Notes under the pieces: model-generated
Seen by the model: the letters and a program-made list of their open reading frames with translations, nothing else
Told to the model about the DNA's origin: nothing
Databases searched by the model: none
Assembly: GCA_030390025.1 (NCBI GenBank)
Contig: CM059432.1
Coordinates: 114,330,001 to 114,394,000, forward strand
Length of the DNA stretch: 64,000 bases
Source of the DNA: Squalus acanthias
Lineage: Eukaryota
Direction of reading: 5' to 3'
Program-made: the position numbers and the translations under genes
Shown here: positions 13,028 through 23,807 of the stretch, piece by piece
How the letters are laid out: each line of letters opens with the position of its first letter
How positions within the stretch are numbered: position 1 is the stretch's first letter

Positions 13028-13920
13028 GGGGGAAAAATTCAGTTGGTTGCGTCTCCCGTTAGCGCCTTAAGAGGGCGCTAATGGGGCGCAAAGCATCTAG
13101 CGCCCGGGCGCTGCGAAGTTTGCGCCGCTCGCGAAATTAACGAGACATTTTGCAGCGGCGCTAAACACTACCACCACGATCTCCTGCGCCGGCAGATCAT
13201 GACGTCACTCGAGTGCGCAACGCCCCGGTATCGCCCCGGAGCGGATATTGAGTGGCGCCCCCTGCCTTACCGCCTGACGCTAGCAACGACAGGTTGAGGG
13301 GAGCGTTCTGCAGTCATGAAGGGAAAGGGGGAGTGCTATTTAAAGGTGACCGCTTCCTGCCTTTTATTGTTGGTGCCATTTTTGAACTACGCATTCTGAG
13401 AGAGAGAGGGAGAGACTTCTGGAGAGATTCAACGTTGTGTGAAGGAGTTTTGGGTACTGAGCAGCACTTTGCAGGTTCATTTTGATTTGCCATTCTTTGT
13501 ATCAATTTAGAAGAGACTGTGGGGGCTGCACTCTGAGCTCTTGGCCTGGTACTCTCCATTGTTCTTTCCAGCACATTTGATGTGCAGGTCTCTCCAGGCC
13601 GAGATTCAAGGCTGCAATGAGCAGGATGTGGATGGAAAGCAAGATTAACCATCCCCTTTAAGAACTGGCCCGTGCCATTGTGTGTGTGTTCCATTGCTGA
13701 CTGACATTACATGAGCTTCGCCAGCGCTCTGAGGTAGCGCCTCGCTCCTCGGCCTTTGCGCCTTAAGACAGGTGTGAAGCGCCTGATATAGCGCTGCAAT
13801 CACCTCCAGGGGCGATAAAAGTAAAGTTTGCAGTCGGTGGCGATAATTAGCGCCAGGCGCTAATCTTTGCGCCCGGCCGATAATTGTGCCCCAAATGGGG
13901 CGATACTGAATTTCTCCCCC
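13028..13920. mobile_element. Harbinger-like non-autonomous element, GGGGGAGAAATT family
   Basis: TIR GGGGGAAAAATTCAGT / ACTGAATTTCTCCCCC. TTG TSD at 13025-13027 and 13921-13923. Many AGCGCC/GGCGCT subterminal repeats. Homologous to 49879-50582. Confidence 0.85.
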
Positions 13921-14087
13921 TTGATTTCCAGCATGTGGAAACCCCTGGCCCGATGAGTCTTTTTATACAGAAAGTCGCCTCCGATGACATCATCAATGCT
14001 GCTGGATTTAAGGCCTGCAAGCAGCCTTGCTTCTTCTGGAGACTTTAAACTTTATGCCCATTGTTGTGATCGCTTAATTCAGCAACT

Positions 14088-16296
14088 ATATCCAGCAGTA
14101 GGCCAAAGTGTGCGCCAAGGTTCGATGAGGCCTCCCTCCAAGCTCTGGTGGAGGGAGCAAGATCTAATAAGGAGGTACTCTTCCCTTCCTCAGGGAGGAA
14201 AAAGCCTCCCCAGCAGACTAAAGCTGTGTGGATGTAAGTGGTCATGATGCGGAGATGCCGGTGTTGGACTGGGGTGGACAAAATTGAGAGGTCGCACAAC
14301 ACCAGGTTATAGTCCAACAGTTTTATTTGAAATCACAAGCTTTCGGAGCTTACTACTCCTTCGTCGGGGTCGACGAAGGAGTAGTAAGCTCCGAAAGCTT
14401 GTGATTTCAAATAAAACTGTTGGACTATAACCTGGTGTTGTGCGACCTCTCAATTTGGATGTAAGTGGCCCAGGAGGTCAACTCAATCTCTATGTGCCGC
14501 AGAACCTGGCTGCAGTGCAGGAAGAGGTTTCATGACCTTCTCCGCACAGGAAAAGTGAGTATGACTTTCCCATCACCCTCAATCTGATCCCCATCGCCTC
14601 TCCTCACCAGCACTCTGCTTTGCCAACCTCTTCCTCCACATCCCACTTGACACTTACATCCCTGCACCCTTACCCATTCCCTCTCTCTCTATGGTCACAT
14701 TCATTTAACTATTTGACCATGCAGCCCTCACACTCCCTATCACTGTGATGCAATGACAACAACTTGCAACACACAGGGAGGGCCCTTTGTCTCCTTCTAA
14801 GCATCTATGTTATGGATTCTCTACACGCACTCCTTCATTTTCACTCAAACTCCACTTGTGTCCCTCATTGCAGGAAAAGAGAGCACACAATAAGACGGAA
14901 AGAGCGAGGACAGGAGGAGGGCCACCCTCAGTAGCCCAGCTCATCACCTCGGAGGAGGCGGCCCTGGAAATCACCGGTGTCGAGGAAGATTCGCAAGTGG
15001 GGGACGGACAGATGGGCGCATCACAGCAAGCTGGTGACAGAATAATTTGGCATCTCTCTCATTAACATTGCATGAGTGACTGATAATGATTCTGATGCTC
15101 TAACAGATTGATTTATGATCATCTGCACAATTCAATGTGCATGCAACCTTTACCTCACATCTCTAACTCTTTCCTTTACTCCCCCACAGGACCATCGCCA
15201 GCCCCCCTCCCCACTGTCCAGGAGGAACAGTCTGAGCTTCAAGACTCCTCAGGAGGAAGCTGCAACCTCTGAGGGTGCAGCGTCAGCAGAATTCAGCGCA
15301 CCCAGCACCAGCGCAGACACTCACACCTCGGTGGGACCTTCGGGAGATAGAGTAGTGTTGTCACCTGGTGTATCACAGCTCACAAGTGAGCATCAGCAGA
15401 TGGTGGAGACAGGGACAGCAGTGGAGAGTCCTTGTCGGAGGGCGCAGGACTCTCCCAGCTCGGCTCCGCTGCATGTCAACCCTGTGCCTCCGGGTCCATC
15501 CAGAAGGAGAGTGGTGCTGGAACTCCAGGAACAGGTGCAGGAGTCTCTGGCAAGTTTTGTCTCCAGGGTCGCTGCGAGTGTGCAGCGAATGGAGAAGTCC
15601 ATCGCGAACATGAGCAGAACTTTTGTGGAGGCGTTGGCGCATGAACGCATCACCACGGAAAGGATGGCAACCTCCGTGGAAAGGATGGCTACCTCCGTGG
15701 TAAGGCTGGCTACCGTAGAGAGGATGGCTACGGTAGAGGAGAGGATAGCTACGGCCATGGAGGAGCTTAGTCGCCAGGGTCTTGAAAATATGGTCATTGT
15801 TCACAATAGACTGACATCTCTTGAGGAGCGATGGTCAGCTATTGAGCAGAGAAACCAGACCTTCATGGAAGTCCTCTGGAGTAGGACTTCCAGTGCAGAA
15901 ACGGGTCCTCATGGCCCCCCTGAAGTGCAGCAAGGTGCTGTCAAGCCACTTGCTAGCTCTGAAGTGGGGCCGACCCATGAGAGGGATGTTAGTGGCAGAG
16001 AACAAGGAAGTGGGGGCTCCTCTCCAAGCGCTCACACGACCATGCTACTGCAAAGCCCTCGGTCAGAGCCCCACCAGAGTCCTCACCCAACTGAGATGGG
16101 CGTCTCATCCCCTGTACAGCCGCAGGAGCAGCAGACTGTTGCCGAGCCCTCACAGGTTCGCAACCCCAGAGGACGGCCGCCAAAGGTGTCGAGACAGGAA
16201 CATCAAGAAAGTGAGCAAGGGGCCTCCACATCTGCTGAAGCCACAGGGGAAGCACCACGTAGGAGCATGCGTAAGAGGAAGATAATGCACAAGTAG
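14088..16296 (+). pseudogene. Harbinger Myb/SANT gene of copy B: exon 1 14088-14554 (interrupted), exon 2 14874-15033, exon 3 15190-16296
   Basis: Start codon decayed to ATA. PRFDEASLQALVEG..RTWLQCRKRFHDLLRTGK|GTGAGT; CAG|EKRAHNKTERARTGGGPP..|GT; CAG|GPS.. Exon 3 has a 1-nt insertion near 15250 relative to copy C, then stays open to ..PRRSMRKRKIMHK*. Confidence 0.85.
14242..14455 (-). mobile_element. Short Penelope-type fold-back retroelement with hammerhead-like core
   Basis: Perfect 86-bp stem (14281-14366 / 14371-14456). 13-bp TSD TGGATGTAAGTGG at 14229-14241 and 14456-14468. Core GACGAAGGAG..CTCCGAAAGCTTGTG. Same family as 53100 and 54061. Confidence 0.8.
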
Positions 16297-16554
16297 TCAT
16301 AAGGGTAGTCACTTGGGTGTTATGTTGTGTTTATTTTTGAAATGCCATCAGTTGCTTGTTGTGATAAAAAATTCTGATGGCAAACTGTTGACGTTGTGGC
16401 CTGTGTCATTTCGCAAATGGGACTTCCACATTGAAGGCGTAGAGCGACTTGCAATTGTCAGTATGGTGGTCTGAGTGATAGGAATTGACAGGTTCTTGTC
16501 CATTGTCGATGCTCTGGTAAGAAGGTGTGAGGCAAAAGTGTTTGATTGTGCAGG

Positions 16555-16736
16555 CTAAGCAAATCTGGCCAACATGAGTGCGTCCCTTGCATCCCGGGCA
16601 GCAATGTGGTCGCGCGCTGGCGTCTTCTGGCCTGTGCAGCTTCAGGTGGGTGAGCAGCAGCTTGGCGCTCCTGTTGTTGCTGCTGGTCTTCGTCCGAATC
16701 TGATGTCCAGGAGGAAAGGAAATAAATGGTTCCCAT
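16555..16736 (-). pseudogene. Harbinger transposase stub of copy B (N- and C-termini fused, ~1 kb DDE core deleted)
   Basis: Begins MGTIYFLSSWTSDSDED (compare copy C MGNIHFLSSWTSDSDEE) and ends with ..GCAAGGGACGCACTCATGTTGGCCAGATTTGCTTAG, the transposase C-terminus. Confidence 0.8.
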
Positions 16737-19444
16737 GCTTCTGGTATATGCCTCAGTTGAGGAAGCGCTCAGTCAAGGTAGGGAGAGGGGTTTCCCAGGA
16801 GGTCACACTGGAGATGGGTGTCAGGCTCCAAACTTCCACAACAATGAGTATGCCTGCTAAAAGTTCACCCAGACCTGAGACAACAATGTTCTGCCACCTG
16901 CAAATGATCATTGGTGAAAACTCCTTTTTAATGGTGGAGCTGCAGCTGTTAGTAAGCAATCCACTTGTGAGGCTGCCAGGATTAACTGGCGTGTTCCAGA
17001 GGAGGCGAGCAGGACGGGGGGAAAGTGTGAAAATCAGAAAGGCCTCTCAAAATGGGATTATAGAGGCAATTAACTGGTTGTTAAGGGCCTTAAGGGCCTA
17101 TCCTGCCTCTTGGAGGCGGGATGGAAACGGGGTCTGAAACCCCGATTCTGGGAAAATTGCTCGGAGGCGGGATCAGAGCCGCCCGCCATTTTTTGCAATA
17201 TTAACACCTCACACGCCTCCAATCCCGCCTCCTCGGGCCTGGCAAAATCGAGCCCAATGGCTTCGGTCTTCCAAATATTTAATTTGAGGAAATTTCTACT
17301 CATCCGATACTTGATATCAGACAAGCAGTGTGATAAATCAGAGGCAGTGGAGTGGCTGAGAAAGGTAAAGATTGGCATGGATTTGGGAGACAATGACACA
17401 TTCAAGGACTTTGGAGAGGAAAGGGATTTTGGAGATGGTGTAGTTTGCAAGGATAGAGGGGTCAAGGGTGGTATTTTTGAGGAGTGGGGTGATGACGGCA
17501 GATTTGAAGGGCAGGGGGACAATACCGGAGGAGAGGGAACTGTTAACAATATCAGCTAACATGAGGGCGAGGAAGGGAAGTTGAGAGGTCAGCAGTTTGG
17601 TGGGAATAGGGTCGCAGGAGATGGGTCTCATGAACAAGCTGGAGCTCAGGGAGGGCATGACAAGAGAAACTAAACAAAGATGTGAGTTCAGGGTTAGGTC
17701 AGGGAGGGAACCTTAGGGGAAGTTTGGCTTGGTGGGCTAGGGAAGGGAGGGAAGCAGCAGAGGCAGCTGAACAGATGGTCTCAATCTTAGTGACAAAGAA
17801 GTACATGAGCTCCTCGCAGTTGTTAGAGGTGTGGATGGAGGAGGCAGGGGAGAGTGGTTTAAAATGACGGTTTGTAGTGGAGAAGAGAAGCCGGAGCCTA
17901 CTTTGCATTCCAGGATGATCCTGGAGTAGTGAGTAGTTTTGGCAGAAGAGAGCAGGACCCGATAGTGCTTTATGTGGTCCAGCCAGATTTGGCAATGAAT
18001 GGCTAAAAGTCTGTGTCCCTTGGACTTAAGGAAGCAGAGATGGGGGCTGTACCATGGGGAATGTACAGGATGTTAGTGAGGGTTTTACTGGGGACAAGGG
18101 CATCAAAGGTGGAGGTGAGGGTATGACTGAGCAGAAATATCATAGCAAATGGAGGGCCAAAGGCTAAACAGTTGGGAATTTGAAAGTGTTGCAAGTGACT
18201 TGGCGGAGAGTTTTTCCAGGGGCGGACACAGAAGGAGGTGGGGTTGAAAGGGGGATGTGAGTGGAGAGGGTACGAGGAAGTGATCAGAGATGGCCTTATC
18301 TGTGATTGAGATGATGTGAGTAGAGAGGCCATGTGACATGGCTAGGTTGAGGGGGAGGCTGTGAATATGGGTAGGCAAGGTTAAACGTAGGGAGAGGCTA
18401 AGGAAGGACAGGAGGGCAGTGAAATCAGAGGAGAGAAGGCAAGGTGAGTTGAAATGGAGATTGAAATCACAGAGGATAAAAAGTCACTCAGTGTAGAGGC
18501 TGAGGGAGGAAAGCACTGAAGATATCACGGTGAGAAACTTTATGTGGTTGGTTGGGCAAAAAGAGAACAAGGAGTTTAAAGGAGATGAGAGGAGTGGAAC
18601 AACATGAAATATTCAAAGGAGGAGAAAGTGCCAGAGGAGTAGGTGGACAGAACAAGGTGAAATTTGATGATAAGGGCCACATTGCCACCACGGTGGTTTG
18701 TGCGGGGCAGAAGGTGGAAGGTATAGAGATGTGGAGGCTTCTATAAAGGGGAAAGTGTCATCACCTGTGTGCCAAGTTTCCGTCAAGGCCATGATGTTAA
18801 TGCAATAATCCTCAATCGGGTCATGGATGTCAAGGGTCTTATTTACAAGTGAAAGGACATTCTGGAGGGAGATGCGGAGAGGGGCAGTGATAGTTGATTC
18901 ACTGTCAAGAGTCTACAGGGTCAATGGGGAGAGGGATGAGTGGGACGGGAAGGAGGTTGACAAGAGTAGCCCCAACGGGCGCACTGGGCAGGAAGGTTGG
19001 TGCGATAGGATGGAGCAATTATGGTTGCTGCTCCTAAAGAGGCAGTGATGAGTGCCCCGATGGGTCTTTCGACAGATGCTGAGAAAGGCACAGAGGGTAG
19101 CTGGGGACTTATCCAAGAGGAAGTCAAGGCTCAGATGGCGGCAGGAGAGTAGGAAGGTAATCTGTTTTGTGCCTGCAATGCATTGCTTTCACAAAAATAA
19201 AAAATTTTCCAAAATAAAATCTGAGGTCCACTTAATGACTTATTTGAACAATGGAACTGAAAGTTAGAGTGCAAATATTACAAAAACTAGTGGATCTCCT
19301 CTGGCATTTCCCTTGGAAAGCCAAGACGGAACACATTAGTGATACCACAGGTATAGGTATGGGGATCTGGAGCTTCGGAGGCCAGCTGGTGATAGAGCTG
19401 TACAGCTGCAGTTGTGACTGTGTCACAGAATGGTGATGCCCAAA

Positions 19445-19830
19445 AAATAATACATAGCAAATTTTACATATTATACATACAACACAGAAACAGGCCATTC
19501 AGCCTAACCAGTCCATGTTGGCATTTATACTCCATGCTAACAAATAGTTCGAATCACATTTACCCAGCCTGTTCCCATATCTGTTTAACCCCTGTTCCTT
19601 CATCCAGCTATCCAATCTAATCTTGAATATTTACATAGTTTCTTCCTCAACAATTAACCTTGGAAGTGAATTCTACAGCCTTACAACTCTCTTCCCCTCA
19701 GTTCCAAATCTCTTTGGTCCCTCATTCCAGACCCCCCAACAACTGGAAACAATCTGCTTTATCTACCCTCATCCTTGCTTTCATAATTTTAAACCCTTCA
19801 ATCATATCGCCCCTTAATTGTGTTGTTTCA
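19445..19830 (-). mobile_element. Old CR1 3' fragment
   Basis: ACACAGAAACAGGCCATTCAGCC tail motif and degenerate GAATTCTACAGCCTTACAACTCTC. Confidence 0.55.
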
Positions 19831-21360
19831 ACAGAAGTCAGGTTGCCCTCATATGCGGCAACATCAGGTAAAACGTCTCATCAGTGAAGACATCAAGAGA
19901 GCATGTAACAGCTTCAATGCAGTCTGCAACAATTTCTCCCTCCCCCACTCTCCTCTTCCTCCCCCCATTCACAAGTGGTAGCATCCCAGGACAAGTTGGT
20001 CCTCTTCGTTGGGAAGCACAGGATTGCACCTCTGGAGGTCACACGATCACAGGGGAACCAAAGCAAGGGCTCCTTGGATGACGAGGGAGATAGAGAAGAT
20101 GATGAAACAAAGAAAAGAGGGTGTATGGTGCATGTCAGGTGAATTATTCAAGGGAGAACCAGATCAAATACAATAAGTTGAGAGGGGAACTGAAGATGAA
20201 AATAAGATTGGCAAAGAGAGAATATGAGAGTAGAATGGCGGTTAACATAAAAGGGAACCCAAAAGTCTTCTACCGGCATGTAAACAGGAAGCGGGTAGTA
20301 AGAGGCGGGGTGGGGCCTATTAGAGACAAAGAAGGTGATATATGCTTAGAGGCGCAGGGAAAGGATAGAATACTCAATGAGTACTTTGCATCGGTGTTTA
20401 CTAAGGAGGTGGATGCTGACAAAATATCAGTAGAAGTGGAAAAGGTAGAAGCAATGGAAGGGGTGAAAATTGATAGACAGGATGTACTAGAAAGGCTGGG
20501 TATGCTTAGAGTGGACAAGTCGCCTGGTCCAGATGGCTTGCATCCCAGGTTGCTAAGGGAATTGGTGGAGGAGATAGCGGAAGGGCTTGCCATAATTTTC
20601 CAATATTCCCCAGATGTGGGGGAGGTGCCTGAGGATTGGAAAGTGGCAAATGTGACACCATTGTTCAAGAAAGGGTGTAAGGACAATCCTAGTAACTACA
20701 GGCTGGTCAGTTTAACATCAGTGGTGGGTAAAGTTTTAGAAACAATAATCAAGGAAAAAATTAACAGCCACTTGGAGAAGTTTAAGCTAATTAAGGAGAG
20801 CCAACACAGATTTGTAAAAGGCAGATCAGGTTTGACTAATCCAATTGAATTTTTTGATGAAGTAACAGAGAGGATTGATGAAGGGAATGCAATGGATGTT
20901 GTCTACATGGATTTTCAGAAGGCGTTTGACAAAGTACCACATAGAAGGCTGGTTATCAAAATTGAGGCTCATGGAATAGGTGGGTCAGTGACAGCTTGGA
21001 TAAGGAATTGGCTTAATGACAGAAAACAGCGAGTAGTGGTAAATGGCTGTTTTTCAGACTGGAGGATGGTAGACAATGGTGTTCCCAAGGGTCAGTGCTG
21101 GGGCCACTGCTTTTTTTGATGTATATAAATGACCTGGATATTGGAATACAGAGTAGAATTTCTAAATTTGCCACTGACACCAAACTTGGGGGTGTGGCAA
21201 ACAGTGATGATGATACCAATCGACTGCAACAGGACATAGAAAGGCTAGCAGAATGGACAGATAAGTGGCAGATGGAATTTAATACAGAGAAGTGTGAGGT
21301 GATGCATTGTGGCAGAAGGAACAGAGAGAGGCAATCTACACTTAATGGCACAGTTTTAAA

Positions 21361-22168
21361 GGGGGCGATTTTGCCAGCACTGGGGAGGCGGGTACGGAGG
21401 TGGGACTGCATGGAAAATGGCAGAATTTGGGGGCAGGTGCCCAACCCGCCTCCATGACATCTTCCTAGGAGGCGGGTAGCCATCTCGCGCCGGGTCCCGT
21501 CTCTTTGGAAACGGGAAGGGATTACAGCCACTTAACTGCCTGTTAACAGGTAGTTAACAGGCAGAAAATAGGATTATCCCCTTTTTTCCCTCACAAGTGC
21601 GGGCTTCCCGAAGACTCCGAAACCTGCCAGCTTAGCGAGGTGAGTAGGGGGTCTGCGGGGGTGCAAAAGTGTGCTGTGATGGTAAGTGATGGGTGTAAGA
21701 GTGTAGAGGTGAGTATCTGAGGTAAGTGCAAAGTGTTATTAAAAGTGTACTTACCTTTGTTTCTTCCTGCAGGCTCCAGTCAGTGTGTATGCGGAGAGTC
21801 TCGGACCTCCGCGTTGGGAATGACAGGTGGCTGTTGCATTCTCAGATGCAACAACCATCGCATTTCTGTAAAGGAAAGAAGTTTGATGAGGTCTTGTATT
21901 CAAGACCTCATCAAACTGCAGAGAATGTCACTGTTTGACAGTTTCACAGAGCTGTCAAACGATGACAATTCATCTGTTCAAAAGTCATACATTGATATGC
22001 TCTGCAGCCAGCTTTCCCTTAATTGGCCTGCTAAGCCCGCTGGGCAGGCTTAACAAGGTCAATCAAGGGAAAATAGCGTGGGTTGGCCACAAATCGATGG
22101 AGGCGGGACATCGACACGCCAAGCAGCAATCCCGCATCCAACGCGCCCCCATTAACAAAATCGGCCCC
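21361..22168. mobile_element. Harbinger MITE D (~810 bp)
   Basis: TIR GGGGGCGATTTTG / CAAAATCGGCCCC with AAA TSD. The CR1 frame (GTVLK|SVQGQRDLG) is restored on removal. Reverse-orientation homolog at 32203-33034. Confidence 0.9.
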
Positions 22169-22735
22169 AAAGAGTGTGCAGGGACAGAGGGACCTGGGAG
22201 TTAATGTGCATAGTTCCCTGAAGGTGGCAGGACATATTGAGAGAATGGTTAATAAAGCATATGGATCTTGGGCTTCATAAATAGAGGTATTGAGTACAAA
22301 AGTAGAGAAGTTATGCTGAACCTTTATAAAGCGCTGGTTAGGCCACAACTGGAGTATTGCATCCAGTTCTGGTCACCACACTTTAGGAAGGATGTGAAGG
22401 CCCTTGGGAGGGTGCAGAGGAGATTTACCAGAATGGTTCCGGGGATGGGGGATCTTAGCTACAAGGACAGGTTGGAGAAGCTGGATTTGTTTTCATTAGA
22501 GCAAAGGAGGTTGAGGGGTGATTTGATAGAGGTGTACAAGATTATGACGGGTTTGGATAGGCTAGACGGGGAAAGGCTGTTCACACTAGTTGATGGTACA
22601 AGGACTAGGGGACACAGATTTAAGGTTTTGGGCAAGAGATACAGGGGGGGAATGTAAGGAAAAACTTTTTTACGCAGCAAGTGGTGATGACCTGGAATTA
22701 GTTTCCGACGGAAGTGGTGGAAGCGAAGACACTCT

Positions 22736-23376
22736 GGGCTGGATTTTCATTGACCCGTGGAAGCGGGTTTGGAGGCGTGTGGGGGGTTAAAATTGCAAAA
22801 ACTGGCGGGCGGGCACAAGTCCGCCTCCATCCCGCCTCCACGCAATTTTCATTAAATCGTGTCTGCTGGTCCCGACTCCATCCCGCCTTTAAGAGGCGGG
22901 ATAGGCTGTTAAGGCCCTTAACAAGCACTAAATTGGCTTTTTAATGCCATTTTGAAAGGCCTTTGTGATTTTAACCCTTGTTCTACGTGAAGCACGCCTG
23001 TTCTGAAGCACGATTGTGAAACCTGGCGGGAGCACATTTCGAAAGCTGACTATCAGCTGAAGGTCCACTGTTACAATGGAGAAGTAGTAGTAGGAAAAAT
23101 CTCTCTCTCTCTCTCAGCAGACTTTTGCATCCAGGTCCTCTCACAGCAAAGGCCAGGCAGTCTTTGCAGACCTTCAATGCAGCAGCAATGATGACATCAT
23201 CAGAGGCGACTTTCAGACTGAAAAGACTAATTGGGTCATGGGTTCCCACATGCCGGAACTCAATTGCCCAATTAGGTGAAAATCGCATCAATCTCCCACA
23301 TCCAATTGCAGTCGGGTGGATAACACGAAAAGTGGATAACACGATCCCAACCCGCCCCAGTATCAAAATCCAGCCC
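22736..23376. mobile_element. Harbinger MITE E (~640 bp)
   Basis: TIR GGGCTGGATTTT / AAAATCCAGCCC, TSD TCT/TCA. Near-identical to 36160-36824 in opposite orientation. Ends resemble copies B and C. Confidence 0.9.
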
Positions 23377-23807
23377 TCAATGTTTTCAAGGAGAGACTGG
23401 ATAGGCACTTGAGGGAAATAAACTTGCAGGGCTACAGGATAGAGCGGGGAAATGGGACTGACTGGATTGCTCTACAGAGAGCCGGCACGGACTCGATGGG
23501 CCGAATGGCCTCCTTCTCTGCCATTATGACTCTACGGGTGTGATTTTCCCATTGGAGGCGGGTTGGGAGCGAGTTTGGGGGCGGGCGGGTTCCAAACCCG
23601 CCTCCACTGTCAGATGGGAAAAAGTTGGGATTTTCCCCTAATTGCCGAATTAATTCCAGGCGTGTGGGTTCCCCTGGGCCAATTACTCTTTTGGGACTGA
23701 AACTCGCCTCTGCTGACGCCACTTATGCAGCTTCATTTAAGGGCTGCTTGCTTCCTTGGCTCATTTCACTGCTGTTTTGTGTCTGCTGAACACTTCGCTG
23801 AGAAGAG

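Larger units (their letters stand above)
12933..17255. mobile_element. PIF/Harbinger copy B (complete 3-exon Myb gene, transposase internally deleted)
   Basis: Right TIR GGCAAAATCGAGCCC followed by AAT. Left TIR eroded (..ATTTTGCCATTGGGGGCGGG). Colinear with copy C and inserted into L2. Confidence 0.85.
12005..19150 (-). mobile_element. Long L2 LINE (endonuclease to 3' tail, RT core partly deleted), interrupted by a CR1 tail and Harbinger copy B
   Basis: (CAA)n tail at ~12005. L2 sequence GACCGAAGAC|AATGGCTTCGGTC is split between 12932 and 17256. DPIPTKLL..FKSAVITPLLK..PFLSKVLE, AISDHFLV and MALTETW motifs on the minus strand. Confidence 0.85.
20050..23535 (+). mobile_element. CR1 LINE (5'-truncated ORF2), interrupted by two MITEs; its tail is split by Harbinger C and resumes at 27733
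   Basis: ORFs 20121-21119, 21095-21360 and 22268-22657 with RT motifs. Tail ATGACTCTAC|..|TATGATTCT. Confidence 0.95.

Noticed and set aside
15115..16296. 393-aa ORF as a novel host gene
   Set aside because: It is exon 3 of the Harbinger Myb/SANT gene. It lies inside the element ends, is colinear with copy C, and its N-terminal part is intron or out-of-frame sequence.
19855..19900. Possible hammerhead on the minus strand (CTGATGAGACG...)
   Set aside because: No convincing stem II or correctly spaced GAAA box.
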